Assembly: GCA_951406725.2 (NCBI GenBank)
Contig: OX597823.1
Coordinates: 98,208,001-98,272,000, forward strand
Source of the DNA: Octopus vulgaris
Lineage: Eukaryota
Reading direction: 5' to 3'
DNA length: 64,000 nucleotides
A program made the position numbers and the translations under genes. Each line of letters opens with the position of its first letter. Position 1 is the first letter of the stretch. A model generated the notes under the pieces. It did not search any database and had not been told where the DNA came from. It worked only from the letters and a program-made list of their open reading frames with translations. Below are positions 54,288 to 64,000 of the stretch, piece by piece.

Positions 54288-54674
54288 TCTTTTACTCTTT
54301 TACTTGTTTCAGTCATTTGACTGCGACCATGCTGGAGCACCTCCTTTAGTCGAGCAAATCGCCCCCAGGACTTATTCTTCGGAAGCCTAGTACTTATTCT
54401 ATCGGTCTCTTTTGCCGAACTGCTAAGTTACGGTAACGTAAACACATCATCATCGGTTGTCAAGCAATGTTCGGGGGACAAACACAGACACACAAACATA
54501 TACATATATACGATGGGCTTTTTTCAGTTTCTGTCTACCAAATCCACTCACAAGGCTTTGGTCGGCCCGAGGCTACAGTAGAAGACACTTGCCCAAGGTG
54601 CCATGCAGTGGGACTGAACCCGGAACCATGTGGTTGGTAAGTAAGCTACTTACCATACAGCCACTCCTGCACCT
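54288..54674 (-). mobile_element. SINE family B
   Basis: Full-length reverse-complement copy. Confidence 0.9.
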
Positions 54675-54758
54675 ATATTCTACTATTAGTCATTAAATAG
54701 TGGTTAGCCTGAGGAACCACTTTGTTTTTTTGATGGGAGTATTATATATTATATACAA

Positions 54759-54791
<33 letters not shown>

Positions 54792-55015
54792 GGTATGCAC
54801 ATATGCATATATATATATAATAATATATAATTACTTATTATATTATATTTATTATTCCTTTTATACTTTTCGAAAAAAAAATTTTAATTTTATTTATATT
54901 ATATACTATATTAATTATATTTATATTTGTTATTTATGTATTGGTTTATGTCTATCACTGTTTGAGTTGCCTAATAGTGGTTTTATCTCTAATTCATATT
55001 TTATATATATATATA

Positions 55016-55581
55016 TTGGGTTGTCTGGAAAGTTTGTGCCGATTTTTAAAGGAAAGAAAAAGGTCAATAAATACTTGCCATTACATTTTTAATCAACCAA
55101 ATATGAACCATTTTGTTGCACAATGCGTCTCCATCTTTCCTTTAACTTGAAAATACCCTCTTCCCAGAATTGAGGTGGTTTCATGGCAAACAATTCATCA
55201 AGGTATCTTTTTATGTCATCCAAGGAATTGAAATTTTTACCATTAAGACTATTCTGCAGAGACCTGAATAAGTGGAAATCCAAAGGAGCAATATCTGGTG
55301 AATATGGGGGGTGGGGGTAACACATCCCAGCTGCACTGCAGCAATTTTTGTCTGGTTCCCAAAGCATCAATTGCTGAAAATGAACTTTCTTATCTTCCAT
55401 TTTAAAGGGTTGCAGAATTAACACAGGTTATAGGAATATAACCTTCTTCCACGAAAAGATAGATTAAATTTTGTTCTAAATGGAGCTATAGTCAAATCCT
55501 ATTTTATGGACTCAACCATGTTCTAAAATAAGTCATAAGGTAAGCTACTATAAATCGGCATGAACTTTCCAGACAACCCAA
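55016..55581 (-). mobile_element. Internally deleted mariner element
   Basis: About 30-bp TIRs TTGGGTTGTCTGGAAAGTT(T/C)(G/A)TGCCGATTT with TA flanks. The ORF joins the N-terminus MEDKKVHF to HPPYSPDIAPLDFHLFRSLQNSL...GI.KL.ERW. Confidence 0.92.
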
Positions 55582-55727
55582 TATATATCTGAATATATTA
55601 CATACATATAAGTGGGGTGAACACTAAGTGGACATCCATTATGCTAGAAGAAGACTCCCAATTGTCTTACCACTAAGAAAAACTGTTCTCAAGAGAATTG
55701 AGCATATATCTAAATATAGATATATAC

Positions 55728-55759
<32 letters not shown>

Positions 55760-55869
55760 GCATAGTAGAAGTTGCTTAGCTACTTTTAGAAATGATGCCA
55801 TACCATTTTTCAGTGTCCATTTTTAGAAATGAAGACAGCAGTACTTTTTAGATATGGGAATAAGACATA

Positions 55870-57490
<1,621 letters not shown>

Positions 57491-57510
57491 TTAATTTATT
57501 ATATAGAAGG

Positions 57511-57561
57511 AGCTTCTACAGGACTAGAACTGTTTCATTCAAGAGAAATCTTCAGGAAGCT
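57511..57561 (-). ncRNA. Type I hammerhead ribozyme
   Basis: AGCTTC CTGAAGA tTTC-tctt-GAAt GAAACAG ttctagtc CTGTA/GAAGCT. Confidence 0.88.
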
Positions 57562-58116
57562 AGTTAACAAGAATTGTATTGGCATTTATACATTTAGGCA
57601 GGTTAAAGGGGTGTTGGTGGGGGACTTTTTGGGGGTAGGCATAGCGCAAAGTATCATACTTGGGGGAGTGGTCAAGGAGTCAGGGTTAAATTAGATAGAA
57701 GAATAAATAAAAAAGTAAATAAATAAATAATAAAAAAATAAAAAATAAAATATATATATATAAAAAAAGGGGAAATAGAGTTTTAGGTAAATAAGGAGAT
57801 TCTCACTTATACCTATGCACATATGTATACATATATACACACACATACAAACATATATACATATACATACACACATACATACACACACATATATATATAC
57901 ATATATATACACTTACACATACATATACATATCTACACATACACATATATGTATACATATACACACAGAAAAATTTATATACACATACACACACATACTC
58001 ACATACACGCATACACACACATATATCCACACACACACATGCACACACAGCAGCACATTAGTCCCTATATACACATATATACACATACACACATATATAC
58101 ACACACATACATACAT

Positions 58117-58162
<46 letters not shown>

Positions 58163-58377
58163 GTGTACCTATGCTTACCTCCACATACACACATATATAT
58201 ACACATACAAATACAGACCCATTCCCTAATTTTAATTTTATTATCTTCAGTTTATTACTTTTGTTATCTTTGGCCGCTTGGTCACAAACATCTTGGCTAT
58301 GACAGCCAGTCCATATATCAGTCTACTGGAAAACAAGCACTCATTCACTCACGCGCACTTTTTAGCACGTACACTCA

Positions 58378-58417
<40 letters not shown>

Positions 58418-58530
58418 GGTATATATATATATATACATAGGTATATATATATATATATGCATAGGTATATATATATATATATATATATATATGCATAGGT
58501 ATATATATATATGCATAGGTATATATATAT

Positions 58531-58958
58531 ATCATCATCATCATCATTTAACGTCCGCTTTCCATGCTAGCATGGGTTGGACGGTTCAACTGGGGTCTGG
58601 GGAGCCCGAAAGCTGCACCAGTCCAGTCAGATCTGGCAGTGTTTCTACAGCTGGATGCCCTTCCTAACGCCAACCACTCCGAGAGTGTAGTGGGTGATTT
58701 TATGTGCCACCGACACAGGTGCCAGACGAGGCTGGCAAACGGCCACGCTCGGATGGTGTTTTTTATGTGCCACCGACACAGGTGCCAGACGAGGCTGGCA
58801 GACGGCCACGCTCGGATGGTGTTTTTATGTGCCACCGACACAGGTGCCAGACGAGGCTGGCAGACGGCCAGGCTCGGATGGTGTTTTTATGTGCCACCGA
58901 CACAGGTGCCAGATGAGGCTGGCAAACGGCCACGATCGGATGGTGCTTGTTACGTGCC
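58531..58958 (-). mobile_element. SINE-like family C with (ATG)n tail and internal 4x 62-63 bp minisatellite
   Basis: (CAT)n-TTAACGTCCGCTTTCCATGCTAGCATGGGTTGGACGG...CTGGATGCCCTTCCTAACGCCAACC. Decayed relatives at ~51395-51545 and ~52960-53050. Confidence 0.7.
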
Positions 58959-58964
58959 ATGCAT

Positions 58965-59001
<37 letters not shown>

Positions 59002-59102
59002 TAGGTATATATATATATATATATATATATATGCATAGGTATATATATATATATATATATATATATGCATAGGTATATATATATATATATATATATATGC
59101 AT

Positions 59103-59137
<35 letters not shown>

Positions 59138-59138
59138 T

Positions 59139-59173
<35 letters not shown>

Positions 59174-59347
59174 TAGGTATATATATATATATATATATAT
59201 ATAGGTCCCGGGTTGATTCGGGTTAACCACAGTAAGTAAGGTACTCAATACATAGCAGAGTAAAATTAATTTATTATATAGAAGGAGCTTCTACAGGACT
59301 AGTAGAAGGACAGCTTCTACTAGTCCTGTAGAAGCTCCTTCTATATA

Positions 59348-64000
<4,653 letters not shown>

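Noticed and set aside
58698-58958. CRISPR-like 62-bp periodicity
   Set aside because: Pure tandem repeat with no unique spacers.

Overview
AT-rich, microsatellite-saturated animal DNA. The SINE families present point to a coleoid cephalopod (Octopus-like; inference). I found no convincing host protein-coding gene, and almost all long ORFs in the track are (TA)n/(CA)n artefacts. The window is a transposon mosaic: a near-intact CR1-type LINE (~15.6-21.1 kb, minus), a decayed Penelope-like (PLE) RT-thumb/GIY-YIG element (~9-12.2 kb), remnants of R4/Dong, RTE, hAT, Tigger/pogo, mariner and Helitron elements, a probable solo LTR, many tRNA-derived SINEs and a tRNA-Phe pseudogene. The main hidden signal is a set of type I hammerhead ribozyme (HHR) motifs at 616, 12117, 41302, 43482, 44106, 44535 and 57511, plus half-motifs in perfect fold-backs at 38698 and 59269. 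They sit at the ends of PLE-like units embedded in (TA)n. One family is a non-coding, retrozyme-like element whose body is mostly microsatellite. All calls were read by eye; coordinates of decayed repeats are approximate.
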